Origin: Haliotis cracherodii
Taxonomy: Eukaryota
Length of the DNA stretch: 64,000 nt
NCBI RefSeq assembly: GCF_022045235.1
Contig: NW_027266308.1
Coordinates: 22,506,001 to 22,570,000, forward strand
Direction: 5' to 3'
Shown here: one piece after another, positions 11,980 through 25,352 of the stretch
How the letters are laid out: every line of letters starts with the position of its first letter
How positions within the stretch are numbered: the first letter of the stretch is position 1
Notes under the pieces: model-generated
The model's database searches: none
What the model was told of the DNA's origin: nothing
The model's input: the letters and a program-made list of their open reading frames with translations, nothing else
Made by a program: the position numbers and the translations under genes

Positions 11980-13302
11980 TTATAAACTAGTGACAATTGT
12001 CTACTACAAAAGCAAATTAATCAGCTGGAATGTTATTGCAAAGAATGAAATTTATCTGTCAACGAGAACAAGACACAAGTTATTGTTTTTATAAATTGAG
12101 GTACACTAGCTTAAAAGGGGAATGGTTTTATCAAGTACATTCATTATATGTTGTCTCGTTCTATAAGTATGTTTTCCAAACAGATTGCCATGGAAGAAGA
12201 TCCTAATTGGAATACTTCAACATATGAAAGTTCTTGGAAATATATCCTATAATAAATTCTTTAAGTTTTTAGATACAAAAATAAGCGCAATTTAAGTATA
12301 TGGGGTTTGGGGATTAGAATAATTGATGTTATAGAAAAAGTACCTTTATATGCATGCAAAAGATTCCTTGGTGTGAAACCTGGTACGTCTATTCTAAAGG
12401 TCTATGGAGAATGTGGATACCCATTAACTATGTTTGCAAAGTTAAAGACGATAAAATACTGGATTAAATTAGTTTAAATTCCTGTAACAAGAAATCCAAG
12501 GAAATGTTATAACATGTTATTACTCTATGATCAACAAGGACACACTAACTGGGCATCTTCTGTTAAGCGTCAACTTTATTCGTGTAGTTATGGTAATATA
12601 TGGACAGAACAGGATACGTTTATACCAGGACATTTCATAGATGCTTTCACTCAGACCCTGAAAGATATGTACATTCAAAATTGGCATTTTTCCTTATCAT
12701 TTATCCAAGAAACTATCAAGCTAATCCCTCTTTAAAAACAGTTTCTGTGGAGAGCATTACTTATTAGATGTGACACTAAAAACATTTCGAATTGCACTTG
12801 AAACTCTTTATCGTGAGAGAACACAGAATTTGTCAGTTTTGTGATTTAAACACTGTAGAAAGTGAATACCATTTCTTACTATTTTGGGGGCGGTCGGGTA
12901 GCCTAGAGGTTAAATCGTTCGCTTCGTCACGCCGAAGACCCGGGTTCGAATCCCGACATGGGTACAATGTGTGAAGCCCATTTCTGGTGTCCCCCGCCCT
13001 GTTATTGCTTGAATATTACTAAAAGCGGCGTAAAACCAAACTCACTCACTCACTCTTACTATTTTGTCCGTTGTATGCTGAACTCAGAGGACAGTTCATT
13101 GATAAATATTATATCCGTTACCCAAGTTTACAGAAATGTGTTATATTAATGTCAAATAGGAATGTAGTAATGACAAAAAAACTGTCAATGTACATATTGC
13201 ATGCTATGAAGCTCCAAATGTGTTGCCTTATAAATGTATATACATCCATTACTATATAACATGTACTATAGGCCTAAGGCCTCCCAGTATTATGAATAAA
13301 CA
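11980..13302 (+). mobile_element. Degraded CR1/L2-group LINE 3' portion, interrupted by a SINE
   Basis: Translated remnants LLQKQINQLECYCKE*NLSVNENKTQVIVF and ICQFCDLNTVESEYHFLLFCPLYAELR; ends GGCCTAAGGCC...GAATAAAC. Confidence 0.7.
12887..13053 (+). mobile_element. tRNA-derived SINE family B, full length
   Basis: A box (TAGCCTAGAGG), B box (GGTTCGAATCC), (CTCA)n tail; 13-bp target-site duplication TCTTACTATTTTG at 12874-12886 and 13054-13066. Confidence 0.92.
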
Positions 13303-13382
13303 CACATATGTATGACAAGGGTTTGATGTGGGAATAATGACCGAAGCAATTTTTAAATTGTGGGGTTTTTTTTTGTTTAACA

Positions 13383-13383
<1 letters not shown>

Positions 13384-13428
<45 letters not shown>
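13384..13428. repeat. (CA)n microsatellite inside a reverse-oriented family A SINE tail; duplicated at 16480-16524
   Basis: CA dinucleotide run flanked by TTTGTTTAACACC and CTATTCCAGCTATATGA. Confidence 0.9.
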
Positions 13429-13429
<1 letters not shown>

Positions 13430-14454
13430 ACTATTCCAGCTATATGATATCAGCCTGTAAATAACTGATTCTGAACTGGGCTGGGTTTTAACTGCTTTGA
13501 CATTATTATACATGCCAAATGTATCTTCATTTCTTCAACAAATGTCTTCCGTCTTGAGGTCAGCTGGGTTGAAAACATTTCAACAACAACAACATAAATT
13601 TGTTTTGCAGTCATAACGGTTGTAACTGGTATGAATAAATAATTTATAGTCCATAACTTTATTTGCAAACAAAATAACTAACCACTGTAACAATGACTTT
13701 GCTAGGGACACATTTGATCAGGATATTTTGAAGATTTCAGCAAATATGTTTAGGACATATTGGGTGACAAAAGGTTAATGTCCTAGAAACCATGATGTCA
13801 ACAAGACACCACCAGCAATTTGCAATTTGCGTTGACAATACTTACATCACACAACAGCAATAGATTAGTGTCGTGGCATTTACATATATCAACAACCATG
13901 CAGGGTGATTCGTATTGAATTTGATTAACATGGTTATGTCGAACCATTAACATGATAAAGATATTACAAATATTTTACATTAGATTTTACATATGTTAAT
14001 ATTTATGTCATTTCAGTTACCAGCAAAATTTACAAGAAAAGTAGTAGAAATGTACTTATGTTACCTTTCCCTAAAATAATTACCAGTTTCACAGTTTTAA
14101 AAACCTAGTCAGCACAAGTATTTTTCAAATACCTTTTGAAGCGTCCCTTTTCTCACATAGCCCTCTCTCATCCCGTCTGTTAGCTTCTCTTTTACCCCCT
14201 AACAATCGGTTTCTTAAGTCTTGGTCTTGGCATACAACCTGAAATTAAGTGACTACATGTAATTATTTACAAAACAATTAATTAACAAGTCATTTCGAAA
14301 TTGCTAATGCAATAAATGCAGGTATATATAAGTATTTCCTTAGTAACAGTAAGTTAGGGTTTTTTTTAGTTTCGTAAACTTTCGTAACTGATGTAAAATT
14401 ATTCAGCCTTACGGTGTAAATACTTGCTGACAAACAAATTGGCACTTTACTGTG

Positions 14455-14807
14455 AGACCGCCTCCGTGGTCTAATGGTAGAGAGTCCGCCCGGAGAGCGG
14501 AAGGTCCGGGGTTCGATCCCCGGCCACGTCCTACTTAAAGACGTTAAAAGATGGTACTTGTTGTTACCCTGTCTGGCGCTCGGCATGAAGGGGCTAAAAC
14601 AAGGACTGGTCGGCTCGGAGTCAGTATACTGTGTCTGGGTGGGTTATTCATGTTAAACTGCGGCATGGTATCTTAGTCGGCTAGCACTATAAATCGGCAT
14701 CAGTCCGGACTAGTACAAGCAGCCACACACACACGTGCATGCACGTCGCTATATAAGTGCAATAATCTTGGACGCGCCATTAAACCCAATTTCACCTCAC
14801 CTCACCT
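14455..14807 (+). mobile_element. tRNA-headed SINE family C with Meta/MESC-like central domain
   Basis: A box (GTGGTCTAATGG), B box (GGTTCGATCCC), central AAAGACGTTAAAAGATGGTACTTGTTGTTACCCTGTCTGGCGCTCGGCAT, (CACCT)n tail. The Meta/MESC assignment is from memory of the consensus. Confidence 0.85.
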
Positions 14808-16478
14808 AATCAGCACAAAGGTAGAAAACATAATTCTAGTATATCATATTGTATAAATATTTGGTTATCTGCATTCAAGAATTATTTTATATCTTATACA
14901 ACAAATAAGAAAAGAAAAGGTCATAATTGGTGTCCTTGACGCACCACATAAAACCTGTGACTGTCATACGTCTAAAGATAAACAGGATTTAAAATCACTG
15001 TGCATGTTTTTGAGTATGGGAAAAATATTACCTTTAACATTGCCAAACATAACAAAATGTTCTTGTTTTCGTCCATAAAATCAGCATAAAATCGCAGCGA
15101 ATATTTTGCCCCATATTTCTAACAATAGTATTTGTCTAAAATTACATGGTTCATCTCGACTGCTCTTTTCTGAATATGAACAATTACAGATAAAGGCCTT
15201 CCTATAGAATGAATACCTGTAGATAAAATAATGTTAAATAAAAATGTAAGCATTTCAAGACAATGTAAGGTGCATGCTTAAGGAATTTTATTGGTGAGTC
15301 CTAGACATAGAACAGAATTCGTGTTCTTTTTCACACTGAAAATCATTTTGAAAAACAGTTTTAAAATACTCTATACAAACTGGAATATAACATTTACCAG
15401 GTTGTGGATTTGGTTTACATTTGAAATATTTCGAAGAAAATTTAGTGGTTGTGGTTGTAATTGCCATATTGATACCACCGTATAAGTTTTCAACATTGAC
15501 CTGTTTTTTAGCACATAAGAAATTGTACATTGGAATATACTTAGTAGGCGTCTAGCCATAGATTCGCACAAGTTGCATTTAAAAAATAAGTATTAACAAC
15601 CTGATCCCGCACAGCAGCACTCCAGTCATTTGACAGCGGCCTGTAAACAAACCAAACAATCAAATGATATGGAATGCCACGCACCGGGCCTTTCTCGAAA
15701 GTTCAGTGGCCCCCAATATCAGCCCATCCGTGCACAGCGTGGACACGGTCACAACTGACAGTGTGAACCTCTTTGTGTAACATGGTTTATTTCTACTTGG
15801 AATGAGGGACTGTTGCGCGTCACTTTACCCTCAGACAGTGTTCCATCCACGGCGGTAAAAGGTGTTTTGGTCAATTGTCTTTGTTATTATTTTGTTACAA
15901 CAACTTTTGCTTTGAGTATATGGAATACATTAAAGTATGCATCATATCACATATGGTGTTACAACACTCTTTCCACTTTCATTAAAGATAAAAGACACAA
16001 ATGTCATATTATACGCATGACAATCCCATTTGTTTCACTCATTTCGTCTGCAATTGAATATGTTCTTAATTGAACATCAAAACAAAATATAAAGTATTTT
16101 AGCTTAACACCTGACCAACATGCAGCAAGTGTACTCATGTTTTTCAATATATATTCAGGACACATTCCAATACAACAATGCATATCACCAAGTGTAGACC
16201 ATTCATGCTTCGGTTTAGTTCATCATAAATGCCAGCAACACGTTACCCACACATGTTAATCAGGAATATATTTATCGGAAGGTCACAAGAGGTAGTTCGA
16301 GTATCCATAATCAGTGTCATATCACACATCCACACAACTAGATTGTCCACAATGTAACTGAAAAATTTAATTAAATTACCTTTCCATCCAAAATTATCCA
16401 TCCCAGTATGACAAGGGTTTGATGTGGGAATAATGACCGAAGCAATTTTTAAATTGTGGGGTTTTTTTTTGTTTAACA

Positions 16479-16525
<47 letters not shown>

Positions 16526-17550
16526 ACTATTCCAGCTATATGATATCAGCCTGTAAATAACTGATTCTGAACTGGGCTGGGTTTTAACTGCTTTGACATT
16601 ATTATACATGCCAAATGTATCTTCATTTCTTCAACAAATGTCTTCCGTCTTGAGGTCAGCTGGGTTGAAAACATTTCAACAACAACAACATAAATTTGTT
16701 TTGCAGTCATAACGGTTGTAACTGGTATGAATAAATAATTTATAGTCCATAACTTTATTTGCAAACAAAATAACTAACCACTGTAACAATGACTTTGCTA
16801 GGGACACATTTGATCAGGATATTTTGAAGATTTCAGCAAATATGTTTAGGACATATTGGGTGACAAAAGGTTAATGTCCTAGAAACCATGATGTCAACAA
16901 GACACCACCAGCAATTTGCAATTTGCGTTGACAATACTTACATCACACAACAGCAATAGATTAGTGTCGTGGCATTTACATATATCAACAACCATGCAGG
17001 GTGATTCGTATTGAATTTGATTAACATGGTTATGTCGAACCATTAACATGATAAAGATATTACAAATATTTTACATTAGATTTTACATATGTTAATATTT
17101 ATGTCATTTCAGTTACCAGCAAAATTTACAAGAAAAGTAGTAGAAATGTACTTATGTTACCTTTCCCTAAAATAATTACCAGTTTCACAGTTTTAAAAAC
17201 CTAGTCAGCACAAGTATTTTTCAAATACCTTTTGAAGCGTCCCTTTTCTCACATAGCCCTCTCTCATCCCGTCTGTTAGCTTCTCTTTTACCCCCTAACA
17301 ATCGGTTTCTTAAGTCTTGGTCTTGGCATACAACCTGAAATTAAGTGACTACATGTAATTATTTACAAAACAATTAATTAACAAGTCATTTCGAAATTGC
17401 TAATGCAATAAATGCAGGTATATATAAGTATTTCCTTAGTAACAGTAAGTTAGGGTTTTTTTTAGTTTCGTAAACTTTCGTAACTGATGTAAAATTATTC
17501 AGCCTTACGGTGTAAATACTTGCTGACAAACAAATTGGCACTTTACTGTG

Positions 17551-17903
17551 AGACCGCCTCCGTGGTCTAATGGTAGAGAGTCCGCCCGGAGAGCGGAAGG
17601 TCCGGGGTTCGATCCCCGGCCACGTCCTACTTAAAGACGTTAAAAGATGGTACTTGTTGTTACCCTGTCTGGCGCTCGGCATGAAGGGGCTAAAACAAGG
17701 ACTGGTCGGCTCGGAGTCAGTATACTGTGTCTGGGTGGGTTATTCATGTTAAACTGCGGCATGGTATCTTAGTCGGCTAGCACTATAAATCGGCATCAGT
17801 CCGGACTAGTACAAGCAGCCACACACACACGTGCATGCACGTCGCTATATAAGTGCAATAATCTTGGACGCGCCATTAAACCCAATTTCACCTCACCTCA
17901 CCT
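17551..17903 (+). mobile_element. SINE family C, second copy within the 3.1-kb duplication
   Basis: Matches 14455-14807 at offset 3096. Confidence 0.85.
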
Positions 17904-19783
17904 AATCAGCACAAAGGTAGAAAACATAATTCTAGTATATAATATTGTATAAATATTTGGTTATCTGCATTCAAGAATTATTTTATATCTTATACAACAA
18001 ATAAGAAAAGAAAAGGTCATAATTGGTGTCCTTGACGCACCACATAAAACCTGTGACTGTCATACGTCTAAAGATAAACAGGATTTAAAATCACTGTGCA
18101 TGTTTTTGAGTATGGGAAAAATATTACCTTTAACATTGCCAAACATAACAAAATGTTCTTGTTTTCGTCCATAAAATCAGCATAAAATCGCAGCGAATAT
18201 TTTGCCCCATATTTCTAACAATAGTATTTGTCTAAAATTACATGGTTCATCTCGACTGCTCTTTTCTGAATATGAACAATTACAGATAAAGGCCTTCCTA
18301 TAGAATGAATACCTGTAGATAAAATAATGTTAAATAAAAATGTAAGCATTTCAAGACAATGTAAGGTGCATGCTTAAGGAATTTTATTGGTGAGTCCTAG
18401 ACATAGAACAGAATTCGTGTTCTTTTTCACACTGAAAATCATTTTGAAAAACAGTTTTAAAATACTCTATACAAACTGGAATATAACATTTACCAGGTTG
18501 TGGATTTGGTTTACATTTGAAATATTTCGAAGAAAATTTAGTGGTTGTGGTTGTAATTGCCATATTGATACCACCGTATAAGTTTTCAACATTGACCTGT
18601 TTTTTAGCACATAAGAAATTGTACATTGGAATATACTTAGTAGGCGTCTAGCCATAGATTCGCACAAGTTGCATTTAAAAAATAAGTATTAACAACCTGA
18701 TCCCGCACAGCAGCACTCCAGTCATTTGACAGCGGCCTGTAAACAAACCAAACAATCAAATGATATGGAATGCCACGCACCGGGCCTTTCTCGAAAGTTC
18801 AGTGGCCCCCAATATCAGCCCATCCGTGCACAGCGTGGACACGGTCACAACTGACAGTGTGAACCTCTTTGTGTAACATGGTTTATTTCTACTTGGAATG
18901 AGGGACTGTTGCGCGTCACTTTACCCTCAGACAGTGTTCCATCCACGGCGGTAAAAGGTGTTTTGGTCAATTGTCTTTGTTATTATTTTGTTACAACAAC
19001 TTTTGCTTTGAGTATATGGAATACATTAAAGTATGCATCATATCACATATGGTGTTACAACACTCTTTCCACTTTCATTAAAGATAAAAGACACAAATGT
19101 CATATTATACGCATGACAATCCCATTTGTTTCACTCATTTCGTCTGCAATTGAATATGTTCTTAATTGAACATCAAAACAAAATATAAAGTATTTTAGCT
19201 TAACACCTGACCAACATGCAGCAAGTGTACTCATGTTTTTCAATATATATTCAGGACACATTCCAATACAACAATGCATATCACCAAGTGTAGACCATTC
19301 ATGCTTCGGTTTAGTTCATCATAAATGCCAGCAACACGTTACCCACACATGTTAATCAGGAATATATTTATCGGAAGGTCACAAGAGGTAGTTCGAGTAT
19401 CCATAATCAGTGTCATATCACACATCCACACAACTAGATTGTCCACAATGTAACTGAAAAATTTAATTAAATTACCTTTCCATCCAAAATTATTAGTAAT
19501 ACTGTTTCAATAATATTAAAAGAAAAACAATTAATAATACCACAATAAACCTCCGTTTTGTTTACACTGCCATATCCCGAAAGATGTTGGATCACGCAGT
19601 CATCAACCAACTGATTATCTCCGTAAACTGTGCTATTGTGTGTCACATGATACCACATACTACGTTAATCAGGGTAACCATGTACACTGGACACGAAACA
19701 CGGCAATAGCCTACAAATCATTTGCTCTGAACATGTGATCGAAGGTTGGTCACAATCAACTTGTTGCATGATACTGGACGAAC

Positions 19784-22700
19784 ATGGAGTCTACACCGCT
19801 ACTTGAAAACAAGGGAAAAGAAGACAAGTCAAAACTGGGAAATCTACTCAAGGCTAACGTTGTGTTTCTTGTTTTCCATTTGGCAATCAATATCCGCAAT
19901 CCACTGATAACACAATATCTTTACAAGAGGTACTCCGATGAAGAGTTCAATAACAGCACAGGATCTGCCAACTATCCTAACCAAAAATCCAAGTGTTACC
20001 TCAATGTGTCGGATCCAAGTTATATGTTACAGGAAAAGGTTCAAGAAAATACTTCGAACTGTCAAACAATACTGACAGCTATTGGAAGCTCCGGAGCAGT
20101 AATCAGCTGTATGTTCCTAGGAGCATATTCTGATTTTCTTGGTCGACGTTTTCTCTTTATAGTACCTTTAGTTGGAGAGGTTCTGAAGTTTTGGTTGTTG
20201 ACAGTTGTTATTTACTGGAATCTTGATCTGAGATACCTTTACATTGGCGAGGTGTTTGAGGGCATTTCAGGGGGATACAATGGTGTGATTCTAGCTAGTT
20301 ATGTATACACGGCTGACAACACACCACCTAAGAACTCACGGACAGTAGGGATCGCTGTGATAGACTTCACCACCTACCTAGCTTCTGCAGCTTCTCAGGT
20401 CATAACTGGATACTTCATCAAAGACCTAGGTTATCTCTACCCCTCTGTAACTACTGCCTCGCTAATGCTTCTCTCTCTAGTCCTTGTCGTTGTTCTTCTC
20501 CCTGAAACAATCAAAACAGATAGAAAATCTCAATACCCAACTCCAGTGAAAGCAGTGAAAAATGTCTTTGGATTCTACTTTTCAAAAGATTTTGGACCAA
20601 AGAGAAGCCTTTTCTGGCTCTCACTAGCATCATATTTTATATTATATTTCAGTCAGGGTGGTTTGTATGTTGTAGAATATCTTTTCCAACTAAACCTGCC
20701 TTTCTGTTGGGGCCCAGAGCTCATCGGCTATTTCAATATGGCATTGTCCCTTACAAAACAATTTCTAGGGATTCCAGTCATCAAACTCCTCCATCTGTGC
20801 ACCTCCGATCCAGGAATATGTATCATTACATCTATCATACAGGCAGGAGCCTATGTCCTACACGGCCTGGCCAACACAGACGTCTTGCTTTTCTCGTGTA
20901 AGTCATCATCGCAGAAGATAACCATAACCTAACGCAAACATTGTCATTGATATACCGTTCTACATATTCAGAACGAAAAGTACATGTGGACATTAATTAA
21001 TCTTTGCTTATGTTTTAAGACTATTGTTTGTTGTAGTTGTTCTGCCCAATGGTCTTGCAGCCCCTTTGTTGCCAGCACTGAGGGCTATCATGTCGCGGAT
21101 GGCTCCTGCTGAAATGCAGGGTGAGGATAAAGATAGATTTATCATGTCTTTGAATGGCATTTAGTTCAGTTGCCAACTCCTTCATTCTGAGGAACGCAAA
21201 GATTCAGAGTATATACTTACCCCTTCATCGGGTGAATGAATGCCAGGATGCAGAGAGTGTACATAAGTAATAAGGTAACAAAGGTGGGAACTTAACAATG
21301 GAAGCCAACAGTTGATTAGCGCTGATTGGTGATTTTCAATGGACAAATGGAATCATAGAGATAAATTAGAACTAATTTGTAATAAGCGCTGTCCATCCAT
21401 AATGTGATGTTTTGAATGGCCTACGGTGATAATAAAGTTGACAATCACATTTGTTGTGGCAATCACATTTCAAAGAAACAGCGAAGCCCTTTCGATAGTT
21501 ATTAGAGTCCATTTTACGATTCCGACTCTGTCATAATTATAAATAAAAGCGACAAAATCGTTTCCATATTCATAAGAAATCTCTGCCAAACAAAAGTCGA
21601 TTGTACGATTCCGACTATTACCACTTCCCTGAGATGATGTAAATACTATTAAGTCAAAGCATGTTCTAAGAGTTGTTAGTTTAGCATCTGTCCTGTCAGT
21701 CATGTGACTGCTACTATATTCTGTTCATACAATCGTAATCTGGACCACAGGCCGAAATATACTGATAATAAACACGTGTGTTTATCAATCAGTATCAAAT
21801 AGTGATGATACCAGGTGTTCACGAAATTGCCAGCAGTGTAACTTATTCAAATAGAAAGAAAACCTTTTTCCTATTCTAGATCATTACAATTTCAGATACA
21901 GGTAATTTGGGATTTAACATTATTATCCAAATATGGTGATGACGGCATGAAACAAAACTATACGTTTCACAACTACCCTGATCTTATAGCCAACCTGTGT
22001 AGGCCCTATTCATCGTGCTTACTTCCACAATGCAGCTTTGAATGTCTGTAACAGTAACCCAGCAAACGGAAACAGAAAATGGTTACTATATACAAGGAGA
22101 ATTAGAAGCAAGTGTACAGTTTCACAATGTGCACCGATTAGTGGAAGGGAAAGAAACTGTAAACGAATCGACATTCAGGTAAAGCATTTCAAAACATTTA
22201 TCCTAAATTAGTTCCTTTGTTCAGCAGTTGATTGCCTTTCCCAAATGCACGTACATGCAGAACAATGTTGAACGTTATTTGCCAGGGTCCCTGTTTGCCG
22301 GCATCGGACTTGTGAACATCATCTCATCAACTATAGGCATAACAGCTTTCAACGAGATGTATGATGCCACTGTGAAGATACTGCGTGGCTTCGCCTTTTT
22401 CGTCTGTGCGGGATTCCAACTGTTGTCTGCAGTTATCATAGTGTGAGTGCATGTTTTGTTGTTAAACGCCGCACTTGTTATTGACATCATGAGCATCGAT
22501 CTACGTAATTGGGAAACGATGACATGCATCAACCAAGTCAGCAAGCCTGACCATCCGAAACCGTTAGTCGCCTCTTACGACAAGCATAGTCGCCTTTTAC
22601 GGCAAGCATGGATCTTCACGGGTAGTGTGTGCATGCGTGGGTATTGAAAATTCAGGACGTCCATATGATGATCTCCCTATTTGTTTACTGTATTTCGTAT

Positions 22701-23265
22701 GTTTATACTTCACTAATGGGTTGTACTCATGTTGTATTGACGTGTACAATTTAAGTACATTTGGTATCAAAAGTAGATGGAAGAATGGTTAGTATGACTG
22801 GTCATTTCGCTTACAGAAGCTTTGTTTGTTTGTTTGTTTGTTCTTTAACGCCACATCCAGCAATAATCCATCTATATGATGTTTGTATGTAAATAATCAA
22901 GTCTGGACCAGACAATCCAATGATCCCGTTCGTCGCCTCTTACGACAAGTGTAGTCGCCTTTTACGGCATGTATGGGTTGCTGAAGACCTATTCTGACCC
23001 GGATCTTCACGGGTGGCTTACACAGGCAGTGCATTTAGCCATTGAGATACATGCAAAAGGTTAGCGATCACATTTGCTTCTTCGTTTACAGGAAACAGCT
23101 GTGATATTAAACAACTGCATATTCATGCATTACAGAGTGTTCCTGGTTACATCCCGCAGCGTCGTTGACACTGATACCTCCACTGTTGTTGTCATCAACG
23201 ATAACGACTGGAAGCCAGGCCCCATCATCCCCCAGGACAAGCCTATCACCGACACGACGATGTAG
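19784..23265 (+). CDS. SLC46-family (PCFT/SLC46A3-like) MFS transporter, paralogue 2; 4 coding exons, 494 aa
   Basis: Exons 19784-20897, 21037-21120, 22286-22442, 23136-23265 (1485 nt). Same intron positions and phases as paralogue 1; GAYSDFLGRR motif. Confidence 0.92.
22453..22623 (-). mobile_element. SINE-like family A, internally deleted copy
   Basis: Reverse complement of the family A consensus, ending at ...GATCTTCACGGGT. Confidence 0.85.
22821..23014 (-). mobile_element. SINE-like family A, internally deleted copy
   Basis: (TTTG)n tail; intact head ...GGGTTGCTGAAGACCTATTCTGACCCGGATCTTCACGGGT. Confidence 0.85.
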
Positions 23266-24418
23266 TGTCCTTGGTTGATGTGTTCGACTGTGGAATGAGG
23301 ATGATGCTGAGGCATTGCTCTTCCAATGAACCTGCGCGCCCAATACATGGACCCATTCATTTTGAAAACCCTTCTTCGGCGCCATAAATGCCGGGAACGT
23401 TTCATATATTCATAATTTATAGATATGTTTCGATTATCTAGACATTTCTTAATCAGGATGCGTATCAATGCGTATCGGTGCTGTCTGGAGTATTTGTTTA
23501 ACTATAGTTGTGGTAAGGGAGAGGTGATGTTGCAATCAGTAATTTATGTGTGCACGCATCGTGTGAAACATGAAACAGACAAAACTGACATGATCAATTT
23601 TGAAACAGGCAACTTAGAGGTCGGGTTTATCGAAAGTGCCGGGCAAAAGAAAATATACCGTTGTAAATAGGACTTGATAACAAAGGATTACAAACGTTTT
23701 CAAATCTTTACTCGGCTCAAAATAGTCGCATAAACTCTGCATTCGTAAGGTCCAAAACACAACTTTGATATCTGTATCAAATACATCATGAATAACTATT
23801 TCTCGTTTGTTTCATTTTGAGCCCCCATCAGACATGAGTCGGTATTTTCCCTTCCCCGGCAGTTTACATCCTTGCAATATCGGCCTTAATATTCAGAAGA
23901 TGACAATCAGAGGAGTCCCAACTTTTAGGTTCAGTAAAGAAAGATACTTAACATGACTCTTTATGTTATCGTCAGGTAAGAAAGCCTAATGTTATCCCTT
24001 TGGTTGCATTATCTATTTTTTCTACTATTTTTCTGGTCATTCTTATTATTAAATTGTTTTCTAACAAATATCAAACAGAATTTCAACATCTTTTCCTTTC
24101 TTGTGGATTTTCGGAACAAGTGCTAGTGCTTTATCAAAACAAGAGTTATTGAAATGTTACTAAATAACAAGTTTCAATTTTGTAAAAGTACAAAAACGAA
24201 ATCATTTGCTTATTAATGTATTAAAGTTTTAATGTCTATACACAATGTGTATTAACTTGTTTAGAGTGCACAGCGGAACTCTTTCTGCACCATTGAAAAT
24301 AAAGCATGTTCGGTCCAATAAAGTAAAACTGTTGAAGAAGTTACATGATTTCTACAAATAACGAATATTCCATGCTAGGATTGATTTAGTATAGTCTGTT
24401 TTTGGACATAACTTTGGT

Positions 24419-24662
24419 TTTGGTTTTGGTTTTGGTTTTACGCCGCACTCAGCAATATTACAGCTATATGACGGTGGTCTGTATATAATCGAGTCTGATT
24501 TATATCATGGGCATCGATCCACGCAATTGGGATCGATGACCTGCATCAGCCAAGTAAGCGAGCCTGACCACCCAATCCCTTTAGTCGCCGCTTACGCCAA
24601 GCATAGTCGCCTTCTCCGGCCAGCATGGGTTGCTGAAGACCTATTCTACCCCGGATCTTCAC
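24419..24662 (-). mobile_element. SINE-like family A copy
   Basis: (TTTTGG)n tail, consensus body, target-site duplication ACTTTGGT (24411-24418, 24661-24668). Confidence 0.88.
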
Positions 24663-24972
24663 TTTGGTGATGAAATTGGATAAAGAAAAACATCTGAAGG
24701 CTGTTTACATTGATGGTGCGCATTGTATTTCCAAATTGTAAGTATGCAAAAAAATAAATACTGAAAAATAGTTCAAATTACGAAAATATAATCGAAGTTA
24801 TGAGAGAAAAATGGACATATCGAGTAAGTAGCTTTTGCTTTGCTTTGCTTTGCATATAGGTGCCCAGGACATAATGACTGAAGGACAATGATGATATGAG
24901 AACACAATAGCACAAGGACGTAATGGCACCCGGACATGTTGACACAAGAACACAATGGCACGAGGATGTGAT

Positions 24973-25186
24973 GCATTCTTGCATGTCTGTCAGCCCGGGA
25001 CATTGGAGCTCCATGTGTATGTCAAGGCTGGAGTAAAACCAGCATTCTTGCATGTCTGTCAGCCCTGGACATTAGAGCTCCATGTGTATGTCAAGGCTGG
25101 AGTAAAACCAGCATTCGTGCATGTCTGTCAGCCCGGGACATTGGAGCTCCATGTGTATGTCAGGGCTGGAGTAAAACCAGCATTCT
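24973..25186. repeat. 69-bp minisatellite (3+ units) running into an assembly gap
   Basis: Units start at 24973, 25042, 25111 and 25180. Confidence 0.95.
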
Positions 25187-25352
25187 NNNNNNNNNNNNNN
25201 NNNNNNNNNNNNNNNNNNNNNNNNNNNNNNNNNNNNNNNNNNNNNNNNNNNNNNNNNNNNNNNNNNNNNNNNNNNNNNNNNNNNNNNNNNNNNNNNNNNN
25301 NNNNNNNNNNNNNNNNNNNNNNNNNNNNNNNNNNNNNNNNNNNNNNNNNNNN
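25187..25352. other. Assembly gap (166 N)
   Basis: Run of n characters. Confidence 1.

Larger units (their letters stand above)
13310..19493. repeat. Near-identical 3.1-kb tandem duplication (13310-16397 and 16406-19493, offset 3096)
   Basis: Same ORF set repeated at +3096 and same (CA)n length. I noticed one substitution (C14845 / A17941). Confidence 0.97.

Noticed and set aside
12887-12965. tRNA genes at SINE heads (also 14455, 39642, 45086)
   Set aside because: A and B boxes are present, but they continue into SINE bodies, mostly with tails and TSDs; no complete cloverleaf is evident.
14290-14656. Short ORFs overlapping SINEs (and similar 60-100 aa ORFs repeated across the window)
   Set aside because: They recur wherever the repeat recurs and have no protein-like features.
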